A model generated the notes under the pieces. The model was not told the DNA's origin and made no database searches. It saw only the letters and a list, made by a program, of their open reading frames with translations. Below, one piece after another: positions 7,724-14,676 of a stretch of DNA of 15,313 nucleotides; the stretch's first letter is position 1, and every line of letters begins with the position of its first letter. The translations under genes and the position numbers were made by a program. The stretch is taken from NCBI GenBank assembly GCA_051439505.1, contig JBFRWI010000190.1, positions 1 through 15,313 of the forward strand, written 5' to 3'. Origin of the DNA: Hormoscilla sp. GTDB lineage: Bacteria; Cyanobacteriota; Cyanobacteriia; Cyanobacteriales; Desertifilaceae.

Positions 7724-7896
7724 ATTCGCGGGTTTGGACAACTTCAACCAACACCGGAAGTGACCACACCCTGCTATAACTGTTCTATGTTCAAAACCTA
7801 GTTAAACTCGCGTCAACTGTGGTTTCCCTGCTTGGCGAGTTTCCCGAACTAGACAATTTCGGTTTTCCTGGACTGCCGCCGAATTCGCGTTTTTGC

Positions 7897-8097
7897 AGCA
7901 AACACAACTTCTTTTTCTAGAAAGCCGATCTTCCCAGACTGTGGAGGTTTGTCTAGGATAAGAACTGAAGGGGTAAAGAAGCCTAGATGGCAGTATAACG
8001 CCCCGAGGAAGCAAACACAACTTCTTTTTCTAGAAAGCCGATCTTCCCAGACTGTGGAGGTTTGTCTAGGATAAGAACTGAAGGAGGAAAGAAGCCT
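7897..8097 (+). repeat. 88-bp direct repeat (7897-7984 and 8010-8097, 86/88 identical), each copy with a putative promoter
   Basis: Direct comparison gives a period of 113 bp and a 25-bp spacer. Each copy has TTCCCA-17bp-TAGGAT (7931-7959 and 8044-8072) and the palindrome TTTCTAGAAA. Confidence 0.92.
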
Positions 8098-8137
8098 CAC
8101 ATATATCTTAGCTGAGATTGATTTAGGAGGTATAACT

Positions 8138-8578
8138 ATGGCACTGGTACGTTTTGAACCTTTCCGTGAAATTGACACGATGCAACGGCAAATGAATCGC
8201 CTGTTCGATGACTTCTTTGTTAATTCTGGTCGAGATAACGGAAATTTAGCTTTTGCACCCGCTGCCGAATTGTCGGAAACGGCAGAAGCTTATCACCTGA
8301 AACTGGAAGTTCCTGGCATGGACATTAATGACCTGGACATTCAGGCGACTGCTGAAGCTGTATCGGTAAGTGGCGATCGCAAATCCCAAAGCAAAACCTC
8401 AGACAATGGCATGACTCGCAGTGAGTTTCGTTACGGCAAGTTTCAGCGAGTCATTCCCCTACCCGGTCGCATCAACAATTCTGATGTGCAAGCGGAATAC
8501 AAAGATGGCATTCTGACCTTAACTCTGCCCAAAGCTGAAGAAGAAAAGAACAAGGTGGTTAAGGTCAAGGTTAGCTAA
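8138..8578 (+). CDS. hspA: Small heat shock protein, Hsp20/alpha-crystallin family, 146 aa
   Basis: Cyanobacterial HspA-type N-terminus MALVRFEPFREIDTMQRQMNRLFD; RSEFRYGKFQRVIPLP and AEYKDGILTLTLPK; AGGAGG RBS at 8125-8130. Confidence 0.96.
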   Translation: MALVRFEPFREIDTMQRQMNRLFDDFFVNSGRDNGNLAFAPAAELSETAEAYHLKLEVPGMDINDLDIQATAEAVSVSGDRKSQSKTSDNGMTRSEFRYGKFQRVIPLPGRINNSDVQAEYKDGILTLTLPKAEEEKNKVVKVKVS

Positions 8579-8582
8579 TAAT

Positions 8583-8631
8583 GTCGGGTGGGCACCGCCC
8601 ATTTTTGTAGGGTGGGCACTGCCCACCTTAC
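8583..8631 (+). repeat. Two tandem GT(C/A)GGGTGGGCAC REP-like hairpins; the first, followed by TTTTT, is a likely hspA terminator
   Basis: gtcgggtgggcaccgcccattttt and gtagggtgggcactgcccaccttac lie immediately after the hspA stop. Confidence 0.7.
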
Positions 8632-8652
8632 CCGATCGGCAGCAATTACAAA

Positions 8653-8753
8653 GGTGCATCTCAATGCAAGTAATCTAGCCCGCGCAGGCGGGCTTCGTTC
8701 GTGTAGCCGGGCCCTTTAGGGTTCGGGCGACTGTGCAAATATGGAATACACCC
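8653..8753 (+). mobile_element. MITE/REPIN-like double-hairpin repeat with imperfect GGTGCATC/AATACACC termini (copy downstream of GH57)
   Basis: Core tagcccgcgcaggcgggct..cgtgtagccgggccctttagggttc..gggc..gcaaatatgg is shared with 11090-11206. Confidence 0.8.
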
Positions 8754-8777
8754 GTGAAAAACGCACTAAGCTAATTC

Positions 8778-11009
8778 TCAAGGCACCTCGATCGGGATCG
8801 GAGACTCTTCGGGCACGCACTCGCGGAACAGCCCCTCCTCAGAAAGCACTAACACCAAGCGCAGGGGCCAATCTGGGGGTACGTGTAAATCTGCCCAGGG
8901 AACTGCTATTTCCAAACAATCCTGGAAAGCTACTTGGGCGTGGCTGGAAAGATTATGCCATTGATAAAATTCCCTGGCCTCTTGAAACCAACAGGATTGA
9001 TCTCGTAAATTAATCCCCAGATGGTGATGGAACAGATAATTCGCAGGCGCAACATCAGGCACGTCTATCAGGGGAATGGGACTGTTTACCATCGGTCGAT
9101 CGGGATAGAACCACAGCAAGTTCAACTGGTCGGGCAAATCTTTACCCGGTTGCACGCCACTCTTAAAATCTACCCTGACATAAAAATTGAGGTGATCGAC
9201 TCCATACCAGAGGCGCTGGATAGCAGAACTGCGATGCATGGTACCCCGGGCACCGCCAATTTCCATCCGTCCCGCTTTATCCCATTCTTGTTCATCGGCA
9301 ATGCCATCGATAATAGGATGGATAAAGCTTTCCGGTCGATGGTCTCCCCTGGCCTCGTGAACTTCCACAGGACTCCTTAACTCTGGCGGAACGGGTTCGT
9401 TCAATGCCTCGTAGATAGCAATCAAATGTTCGCGAAACAGTTGGTCAAAGATAGCATCCTGGTTAGAAGAATGACCTTCCCCAAACCACCAAAACCAGTC
9501 AGAACCTTCAGCGGCGTAGAGGGCCTCCCAAACTTCGGGATTATTTTCTGCCGTGGCCTCGGGATGCTTCGCCAAAACTTGCCTCGCTGCTGTCAGCAAG
9601 TCCCAGGCGCGATTTTTCGCCTTGTCTCCGATCCAAGTAGTGAAGCTGCCATCTACCCACGAACCGCTGTGTAACTTGTCTGCTGGAATTGTTTCTTCGG
9701 GTGGAAATTGTTCGATAAATTCCGATACAGTTACTAACTTCAGATCCTCGTGATGCGACAGGCGTTCGTACAGGTTTTCTAAGAATGGTTTGCCATCTTG
9801 CTGATAGAATTCCCAGCAGTTTTCTCCATCTAAGGCAATGGTGACTAACCAGGGTTGTGTCAGTTCGCTGCGGCCATCACCCTGCCTGTAGATCAGACTG
9901 CGCCCGATCGCCTGCAAATGTCCCACCAAATCCCGCGCTGCTGCTGCTGGTTCCATCCCCGCATAGGTAAAGCCGATCAGATCCGACAAGCGGTGGTCTC
10001 GGAAGACGATCGCCAAATCTCCAAAAGGCGTCGGCAAGCGATAAGGTTGATAGAGGTACTCTGGTTCCAGGACATTTCCCGTCTCATCTCGATGAAAGAA
10101 ATGCTGCAAAGTCCAACCCAAAACCGCTTCATCCGAACACAGCCACTTAAATCCTTGTTTCGCTACATCTGGTAAAATAGCCGGACTGACAGACTGTTCC
10201 GAAGGCCAAAGTCCGCGCGGTTCCCGTCCGAATTTATCTTTATACATATCCCAGGCTTTTTGTAAATGGCGAGGGATATCTGAGGCCCATTGAAATCTTG
10301 CCGAGGGCAAAGTCATATTCGGCACCGCCACCCGACCCGCATCTGTATCCGCCAGTAAAGGTAAAATCGGATGAGTGTAGGGAGTTGTCGTCACCTCCAA
10401 CTGACCCGCCTCTTGCATTTTCCGATGTTGGGGAATGATGCGACCCAATATTTCCCGCTGCTTAGAATATATCCGCTGGCGATCGCCCAAAGTAAAATCT
10501 TTACCCCGCTTCAACCAGTCAGCAATATCCGGGTCATCCCAGAACAGCGGGTCAAACCAGGCCAGATTATGCCAAGCTAACAGATCGCTGTAATCAGATG
10601 CTTGCCAATTTTCCAAACACCAGGTACGTCCCTCTTCTTGGCGCTGATGATATAGTTGGGAGTAACGAGGGTGAGGATCGATGAGAGTATGGTGATTGGC
10701 ATCAAAGAAATGCTCGATGATATATTCTCGCTGTTCTTTATCCAGCTTTTCCGTAGGCATCAGGGCCAGTTCCAAGTAAGGATCGAAAGCTGTACCAGCC
10801 ACATAATCGGAAATTTGCATTATCAGCGAGGGCACCAAATTCACCGTCTGATGCAGCTTGGGGTAATTTTCCAGCAGCAGCACCAAATCCAGATAATCTT
10901 TTGTACCATGTAAGCGCACCCAGGGTAAACGATAGCGATCGGCCACCCGGCTTTTGTAGAGGGGCTGATGCTGGTGCCAGATAAAAGCGATATAAAGGGG
11001 ATGAGACAT
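8778..11009 (-). CDS. Glycoside hydrolase family 57 (amylopullulanase-like), 743 aa
   Basis: GH57 motifs WHQHQP, PWVRLH, PYTHPILPL, GLWPSEQSVS (nucleophile Glu), IALDGENCWE (acid/base Asp) and AEGSDWFWW. Start moved to MSHPLY (ATG at 11009) because the upstream 21 codons of the listed ORF are heptamer repeat. Confidence 0.95.
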   Translation of the reverse strand: MSHPLYIAFIWHQHQPLYKSRVADRYRLPWVRLHGTKDYLDLVLLLENYPKLHQTVNLVPSLIMQISDYVAGTAFDPYLELALMPTEKLDKEQREYIIEHFFDANHHTLIDPHPRYSQLYHQRQEEGRTWCLENWQASDYSDLLAWHNLAWFDPLFWDDPDIADWLKRGKDFTLGDRQRIYSKQREILGRIIPQHRKMQEAGQLEVTTTPYTHPILPLLADTDAGRVAVPNMTLPSARFQWASDIPRHLQKAWDMYKDKFGREPRGLWPSEQSVSPAILPDVAKQGFKWLCSDEAVLGWTLQHFFHRDETGNVLEPEYLYQPYRLPTPFGDLAIVFRDHRLSDLIGFTYAGMEPAAAARDLVGHLQAIGRSLIYRQGDGRSELTQPWLVTIALDGENCWEFYQQDGKPFLENLYERLSHHEDLKLVTVSEFIEQFPPEETIPADKLHSGSWVDGSFTTWIGDKAKNRAWDLLTAARQVLAKHPEATAENNPEVWEALYAAEGSDWFWWFGEGHSSNQDAIFDQLFREHLIAIYEALNEPVPPELRSPVEVHEARGDHRPESFIHPIIDGIADEQEWDKAGRMEIGGARGTMHRSSAIQRLWYGVDHLNFYVRVDFKSGVQPGKDLPDQLNLLWFYPDRPMVNSPIPLIDVPDVAPANYLFHHHLGINLRDQSCWFQEAREFYQWHNLSSHAQVAFQDCLEIAVPWADLHVPPDWPLRLVLVLSEEGLFRECVPEESPIPIEVP

Positions 11010-11012
11010 AAA

Positions 11013-11068
11013 TAGTTCGTAGTTCGTAGTTCGTAGTTCGTAGTTTGGAGTTTGGAGTTTGGAGTTCG
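11013..11068. repeat. STRR-type heptamer tandem repeat, 8 units
   Basis: TAGTTCG x4, TAGTTTG, GAGTTTG x2, GAGTTCG; it ends 3 bp before the GH57 ATG. Confidence 0.92.
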
Positions 11069-11089
11069 ACAACCGCGCTACCCTTTAAA

Positions 11090-11206
11090 GGGTGCATCTG
11101 GTGGGTGCAACGATAATGCATGTAATGTAGCCCGCGCAGGCGGGCTTTGTCCGTGTAGCCGGGCCCTTTAGGGTTCCGGGCAGCGAGGCAAATATGGGAT
11201 GCACCC
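11090..11206 (+). mobile_element. MITE/REPIN-like double-hairpin repeat with 9-bp terminal inverted repeats GGGTGCATC/GATGCACCC (copy upstream of GH57)
   Basis: Perfect terminal inverted repeat and two GTAG-foot hairpins; same orientation as 8653-8753. Confidence 0.82.
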
Positions 11207-11262
11207 CCATCTGGTACCCGGGAACTCGATTTACCAATAACCCAAATTCAAACATTAAAAAC

Positions 11263-11305
11263 TTCAAAGGCAAAAGAAACTCCAGTAGATTCTTTTGCCT
11301 TTGAA
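11263..11305 (-). terminator. 16-bp perfect inverted repeat downstream of nfuA; probable terminator
   Basis: TTCAAAGGCAAAAGAA (11263-11278) pairs with TTCTTTTGCCTTTGAA (11290-11305); GTTTTT follows on the minus strand. Confidence 0.65.
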
Positions 11306-11347
11306 ATGATTGCTTGCTTGAGATGCTAGTAATGCTTTAACCTTAAA

Positions 11348-11614
11348 TTACATCACTTGCTCCACTTCAGCAATCTCGGGGATTTTCTCGCGCAGGCGGC
11401 GCTCAATTCCCATTTTCAGAGTCATAGTAGAGCTAGGGCAAGAACCGCAGGCACCTTGCAGCTGCAGTTTGACAATGGGACCGTCAATCTCTTTCAACTC
11501 TACATTACCGCCGTCAGCCATCAGATAAGGGCGCAGTTCATCCAGAACCGCTTCCACGTTCTCGGGTGTGAGTGCCAATGTGGTTTCTTCTTTTTCTTGT
11601 GTTGCTTGAGACAT
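11348..11614 (-). CDS. nfuA: NifU C-terminal-domain Fe-S cluster scaffold/carrier protein (NfuA type), 88 aa
   Basis: [17 protein letters not shown]...[26 protein letters not shown] at 11614 is preferred because the GAGG RBS overlaps the upstream GTG. Confidence 0.93.
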   Translation of the reverse strand: MSQATQEKEETTLALTPENVEAVLDELRPYLMADGGNVELKEIDGPIVKLQLQGACGSCPSSTMTLKMGIERRLREKIPEIAEVEQVM

Positions 11615-11686
11615 GTTCACCTCTAATTGTTTTATCCAATTCAGATTCTATCCTAGCACTATCCTCTAGAAAGAGACTGTTAATTT

Positions 11687-12337
11687 CTAGACCAAAGCTG
11701 GTTGGTGAAGCTTCACGTTAGAGTAGTCAAACACCGTGGTGGTCAGCTCCCCTGGGCGGGAGGAGCGGATCTGCTGATGGGTCATCAGGTAGTAATCGCC
11801 AATTTGGGAATATTTGTCTTCATATTGCACAGACTGGATGGTATCGCCTGTCTGGGAATTGCGGAAGACAACATCATACCGGGTTGGCACATAACCGGCA
11901 CCCGTATCCAGGCACTCGTGGGTATCGATCACAAAGGTCATCTCACCCATTACCCGATAAACATAGCAGATCGTGCGATCGCGCACTTTGTAATTCGAGC
12001 CCATGGCCGCGCCGTCAACCATAATTTCTACAGCCCCGGTGCCGTCGGTTGCTCCGGTGGTAAAGAGATTTTTCCCGTGGGCCTGCTCGAAAGGCGTGCG
12101 TTTGCGGTGGGTAATGACATCATTGAGCTTGTTCAATATCCCCTTTTGCAGCTCTTCGTCAGGGATCCCAGAAACCTCTACCGTCAGGTCGTGGTTGATG
12201 CCGATCGTACCAGTATAGAGTTCATCACCTTGCTGGATCTGGATATCAGCGCTGTAACCAGGAAAATTCTCATCCCAGGTATAACGGTTTTCGTAAGCGG
12301 CGCGAAATAAATCGCGAGCAGCTTGTGGTTCGCTCAT
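11687..12337 (-). CDS. DUF3386 domain protein, 216 aa
   Basis: ARDLFRAAYENRYTWDENFPGYSAD N-terminus and FEQAHGKN are typical of the cyanobacterial DUF3386 family (recognised by eye). Confidence 0.85.
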   Translation of the reverse strand: MSEPQAARDLFRAAYENRYTWDENFPGYSADIQIQQGDELYTGTIGINHDLTVEVSGIPDEELQKGILNKLNDVITHRKRTPFEQAHGKNLFTTGATDGTGAVEIMVDGAAMGSNYKVRDRTICYVYRVMGEMTFVIDTHECLDTGAGYVPTRYDVVFRNSQTGDTIQSVQYEDKYSQIGDYYLMTHQQIRSSRPGELTTTVFDYSNVKLHQPALV

Positions 12338-12367
12338 CTCTTGCAGGGTCTCCTTGGACTTCTACTA

Positions 12368-13468
12368 TTATTTATCAGTCATCGCGAAGTTGGCGAAGCT
12401 CAGCTGATTAACCTTATCCCACCCATAGACCTGGGCGCGAAAATCCTTCCACTGTTCGTAGACTTGTTTAAATGTAGCGTCTTTACTGGCATCTTCTTCA
12501 TATAAATCAAAAGAGGCACGTTCGGCTGCTTGGAGAATTTCCCGAGAGTAGGGCCGCAGCTGGGTGCCATCAGCAACCAAGCGTTTCAGGGCCGCACCGT
12601 TTTTGGCATCGTAACTGGCTAGCATATTCATATTGGCCTCTTTGGCAGCGGTCTGAAAAATTTGCTGATACTCTTTGGGTAGCTTATCCCAAGCAGTTTT
12701 ATTCACCTGCACTTCTAAGGTAGCTCCAGGCTCCCACCAGCCCGGATAATAGTAAAACTTCGCCGCTTTATGTAAACCCAGCTTTTCATCATCGTAGGGC
12801 CCAACCCACTCAGCCGCATCCAGGGCCCCCCTTTCCAGGGCCAGAAAAATCTCCCCTCCCGGCAGCACCTGAGCATTCACTCCCAAACGGGCCATCACCT
12901 TACCCCCTAGTCCGGGGATGCGCATTTTCAGTCCCTGAAGGTCTGCAACTGATTTGATTTCCCGCTTAAACCAGCCTCCCATCTGGGTGCCGGTGTTACC
13001 AGCAGGAAAATTGATCGTATTGAAGTCAGCATAAATTTTATGCAGGGCCTCCAGTCCGCCGCCGTGATACAGCCAGGCATTTTGCTGCTGGGCCGTCAGA
13101 CCAAAGGGCACAGAAGTGCCGAAGGCCAGGGCGGGATTTTTGCCAATATAATAATAGCTGGCCGTGTGACCGCATTGGACAGTCCCTTGTTGGACAGCAT
13201 CCAGCACTTGCAATCCCGGCACGATCTCGCCACCAGCAAAGGGAGTAATGGTAAAGCGTCCGCCAGTCATGTCAGAGACCCGATCGCACACTGTTTGGGC
13301 CCCTCCGAAGATCGTATCGAGGGACTTAGGCCAGCTAGTTGCCATTCGCCATCTGAGAGTAGGTAGTTCGCCGGTAGCAGTCTGAACCGGAGGACCGCTA
13401 CAAGCTCCTATGGCTGCTACGGTAGCAGCACCAAGGGCACTGTTGCGAAGAATTGTTCTGCGTTTCAT
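12368..13468 (-). CDS. dctP: TRAP transporter substrate-binding protein (DctP/TakP-like), probable Tat lipoprotein, 366 aa
   Basis: MKRRTIL twin-Arg and IGAC lipobox; [41 protein letters not shown] and [10 protein letters not shown]. Confidence 0.93.
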   Translation of the reverse strand: MKRRTILRNSALGAATVAAIGACSGPPVQTATGELPTLRWRMATSWPKSLDTIFGGAQTVCDRVSDMTGGRFTITPFAGGEIVPGLQVLDAVQQGTVQCGHTASYYYIGKNPALAFGTSVPFGLTAQQQNAWLYHGGGLEALHKIYADFNTINFPAGNTGTQMGGWFKREIKSVADLQGLKMRIPGLGGKVMARLGVNAQVLPGGEIFLALERGALDAAEWVGPYDDEKLGLHKAAKFYYYPGWWEPGATLEVQVNKTAWDKLPKEYQQIFQTAAKEANMNMLASYDAKNGAALKRLVADGTQLRPYSREILQAAERASFDLYEEDASKDATFKQVYEQWKDFRAQVYGWDKVNQLSFANFAMTDK

Positions 13469-13513
13469 AATAGAGAAGAGAATCGCGAATAACAGTTAAA
13501 CTACCAGTATATT

Positions 13514-13530
13514 ATGAAAGTAATTTTCAT
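13514..13530. promoter_or_regulatory. Palindromic putative operator upstream of dctP
   Basis: ATGAAAGTAATTTTCAT (7 of 8 pairs symmetric) lies 45 bp upstream of the ATG and overlaps a CATAAT -10-like hexamer on the minus strand. Confidence 0.4.
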
Positions 13531-13653
13531 TTGAGAAGTTTTTGCAGACTGTGGACTTTGATAGTGGAATTCGCTAGCTATTAGCACAGATATATTCCTG
13601 AAACCCGGTTTCTCCTTTGGTCGGGCGATCGCATTTATATGGGGCCGGGGTCA

Positions 13654-13790
13654 GCAATTCAAAATTCAAAATTCATAATTCAAAATTGGGAAAGCCATTG
13701 AGTACAAAGGTTTCGGCGTTTCAGCCTGTGCAATTTAAATGCGCGACAGCTTACGGCTTAACCAATTCACAATTCAATATTAAAAATTTT
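13654..13790. repeat. AATTCAA heptamer (STRR) runs flanking a repeat-element end (AATTTAAATGCGCGACAGCTTA)
   Basis: AATTCAA/AATTCAT x4 at 13656-13683 and more degenerate units at 13764-13784. The 13732-13753 motif resembles cyanobacterial MITE termini (recalled); its partner end is not seen. Confidence 0.6.
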
Positions 13791-13798
13791 GGAAATAA

Positions 13799-13957
13799 TC
13801 ATGTTATCATGCGATCGCAGTCATACAGGCAATGGGCGATCGCATATGTTCTGGACAGATTTATTTTGCGATCGCATTCCGGTTGATGGGCGATCGCGTG
13901 TTCAATATCCTCGATCGCCTTCAATATATCCTTTAACCGGTCTCGATCGCTTCTCAC
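13799..13957 (-). pseudogene. Truncated HEPN (DUF86/HepT-like) toxin remnant, 52 codons, not in the ORF track
   Basis: GTG overlaps the MNT stop (GTGA). It translates MRSDRDRLKDILKAIEDIEHAIAHQPECDRKINLSRTYAIAHCLYDCDRMIT*. The first ~19 aa match the DUF86 N-terminus, the rest does not, and there is no RxxxxH motif. Confidence 0.7.
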
Positions 13958-14222
13958 AGTGCCACGGCCTCTTGCAAAACTCGTTGGCGATATTCACCCT
14001 TTAATCCTCCCTCAACTGTCACGTACAACTCATAACCGAGTAATTCTTGCAACTCTATCAACAACCCGCCTTGATCTAGTAAACTGCGCCCCGGTTCCAG
14101 CTTGACTAGAAAATTAACTTCTTCTGGTATCTCCTCCTGAGCAATGTTGCCAACTATTCGCACATTATCGGCTTTTCTGTCAAGGGGCGATCTCAATACT
14201 TCTCGGTATGCCGCGAAATTAC
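13954..14222 (-). pseudogene. Degenerate minimal nucleotidyltransferase (MNT/MntA-like antitoxin)
   Basis: NVRIVG...FLVKLEPGRSLLD.GGLLIELQELLG...EGGLK..YRQRVLQEAVAL is MNT-like, but GS-x-DxD reads GN...EVN and the third Asp is Tyr. The native start is missing; the listed ORF start (14301) lies in a repeat. Confidence 0.75.
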
Positions 14223-14240
14223 TCGGGGGGAAGTAAGTAA

Positions 14241-14336
14241 GCAATTCAAAATTTATCAATTCAAAATTAATTCCGGCTTTTGGAGCAAGGGTTTGAGCCA
14301 CTATCCGCTAGTTGATTATTTCTGCCGTGCGGCACT
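14241..14336. repeat. AATTCAA-rich repeat element ending in TATTTCTGCCGTGCGGCACT, abutting the MNT 5' end
   Basis: gcaattcaaaatt start as at 13654; 14311-14332 is inversely repeated at 14518-14539. Confidence 0.55.
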
Positions 14337-14373
14337 CCTCTGTAGAATATCAAAGGCGCGATCGGGCCCTATA

Positions 14374-14416
14374 AGTAATACAAAATTTACATATAATACA
14401 GATATTTTGTATTACT
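14374..14416. promoter_or_regulatory. 13-bp perfect inverted repeat enclosing a TATAAT box; putative operator/promoter
   Basis: AGTAATACAAAAT (14374-14386), a 17-bp spacer with TATAAT at 14392-14397, then ATTTTGTATTACT (14404-14416). Confidence 0.55.
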
Positions 14417-14475
14417 AGCGCTATCATGTAATCTGTTTGAGCGGCGATCGCCCGTGGTCAAAAACCGTTGGTACG

Positions 14476-14519
14476 GGGAGACCTTGCGTGGTGGTCTGGC
14501 CCCCCACGCGAGGTCTCCC
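14476..14519. repeat. GC-rich 16-bp hairpin, probably a small palindromic insertion
   Basis: GGGAGACCTTGCGTGG pairs with CCACGCGAGGTCTCCC (15 Watson-Crick pairs and one G-U). Confidence 0.65.
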
Positions 14520-14607
14520 GCGCGGCAGAAATCATCGACAATACTTGATGTTCGTGCTAAGGTAAAAGACGGTGGTGGGAAAGATCAAAAAAATTTGGCT
14601 TTAAGTA

Positions 14608-14636
14608 TTGACAACATGGCAGTTGCTGATTATGAT
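14608..14636 (+). promoter_or_regulatory. Near-consensus sigma70 promoter for the ECF sigma gene
   Basis: TTGACA (14608-14613), 17 bp, TATGAT (14631-14636); 40 bp upstream of the ATG at 14677. Confidence 0.7.
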
Positions 14637-14676
14637 GGTTTACAGGCAATAGCTATGGAGTTCTACTTAGTCGCCG

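Noticed and set aside
7490..7730. Long hairpins as retron msr/msd or other ncRNA
   Set aside because: No reverse transcriptase is in the window, and the hairpins resolve into nested repeats with empty counterparts nearby.
7897..8097. Direct repeat with spacer as a minimal CRISPR array
   Set aside because: The repeats are 88 bp, there are only two, the spacer is 25 bp and no cas genes are present; a promoter duplication explains it.
7802..8178. Minus-strand ORFs with a repeated peptide
   Set aside because: The peptide repeat is a by-product of the 88-bp DNA duplication.
11010..11072. 21-aa N-terminal extension of GH57 in the ORF track
   Set aside because: It is translated heptamer repeat from a TTG; family similarity begins at MSHPLY.
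11702..12310. 202-aa plus-strand ORF and similar antisense ORFs (1781-2299, 2757-3275, 3633-4100, 9021-10913, 13040-13366)
   Set aside because: They are shadows of well-supported opposite-strand genes with no recognisable motifs; the paired ones only mirror the gene duplication.
298..14222. vWA + DUF1998 helicase + MNT-HEPN as one defence island
   Set aside because: The genes are dispersed, not co-oriented as a unit and separated by housekeeping genes; no methylase, nuclease or integrase links them.
14223..14301. N-terminal part of the 115-aa ORF as genuine MNT sequence
   Set aside because: INFELINFEL is the translation of the AATTCAA repeat element.
14375..14390. GTA...TAC as an NtcA site
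   Set aside because: The spacing is N10, not the required GTA-N8-TAC.
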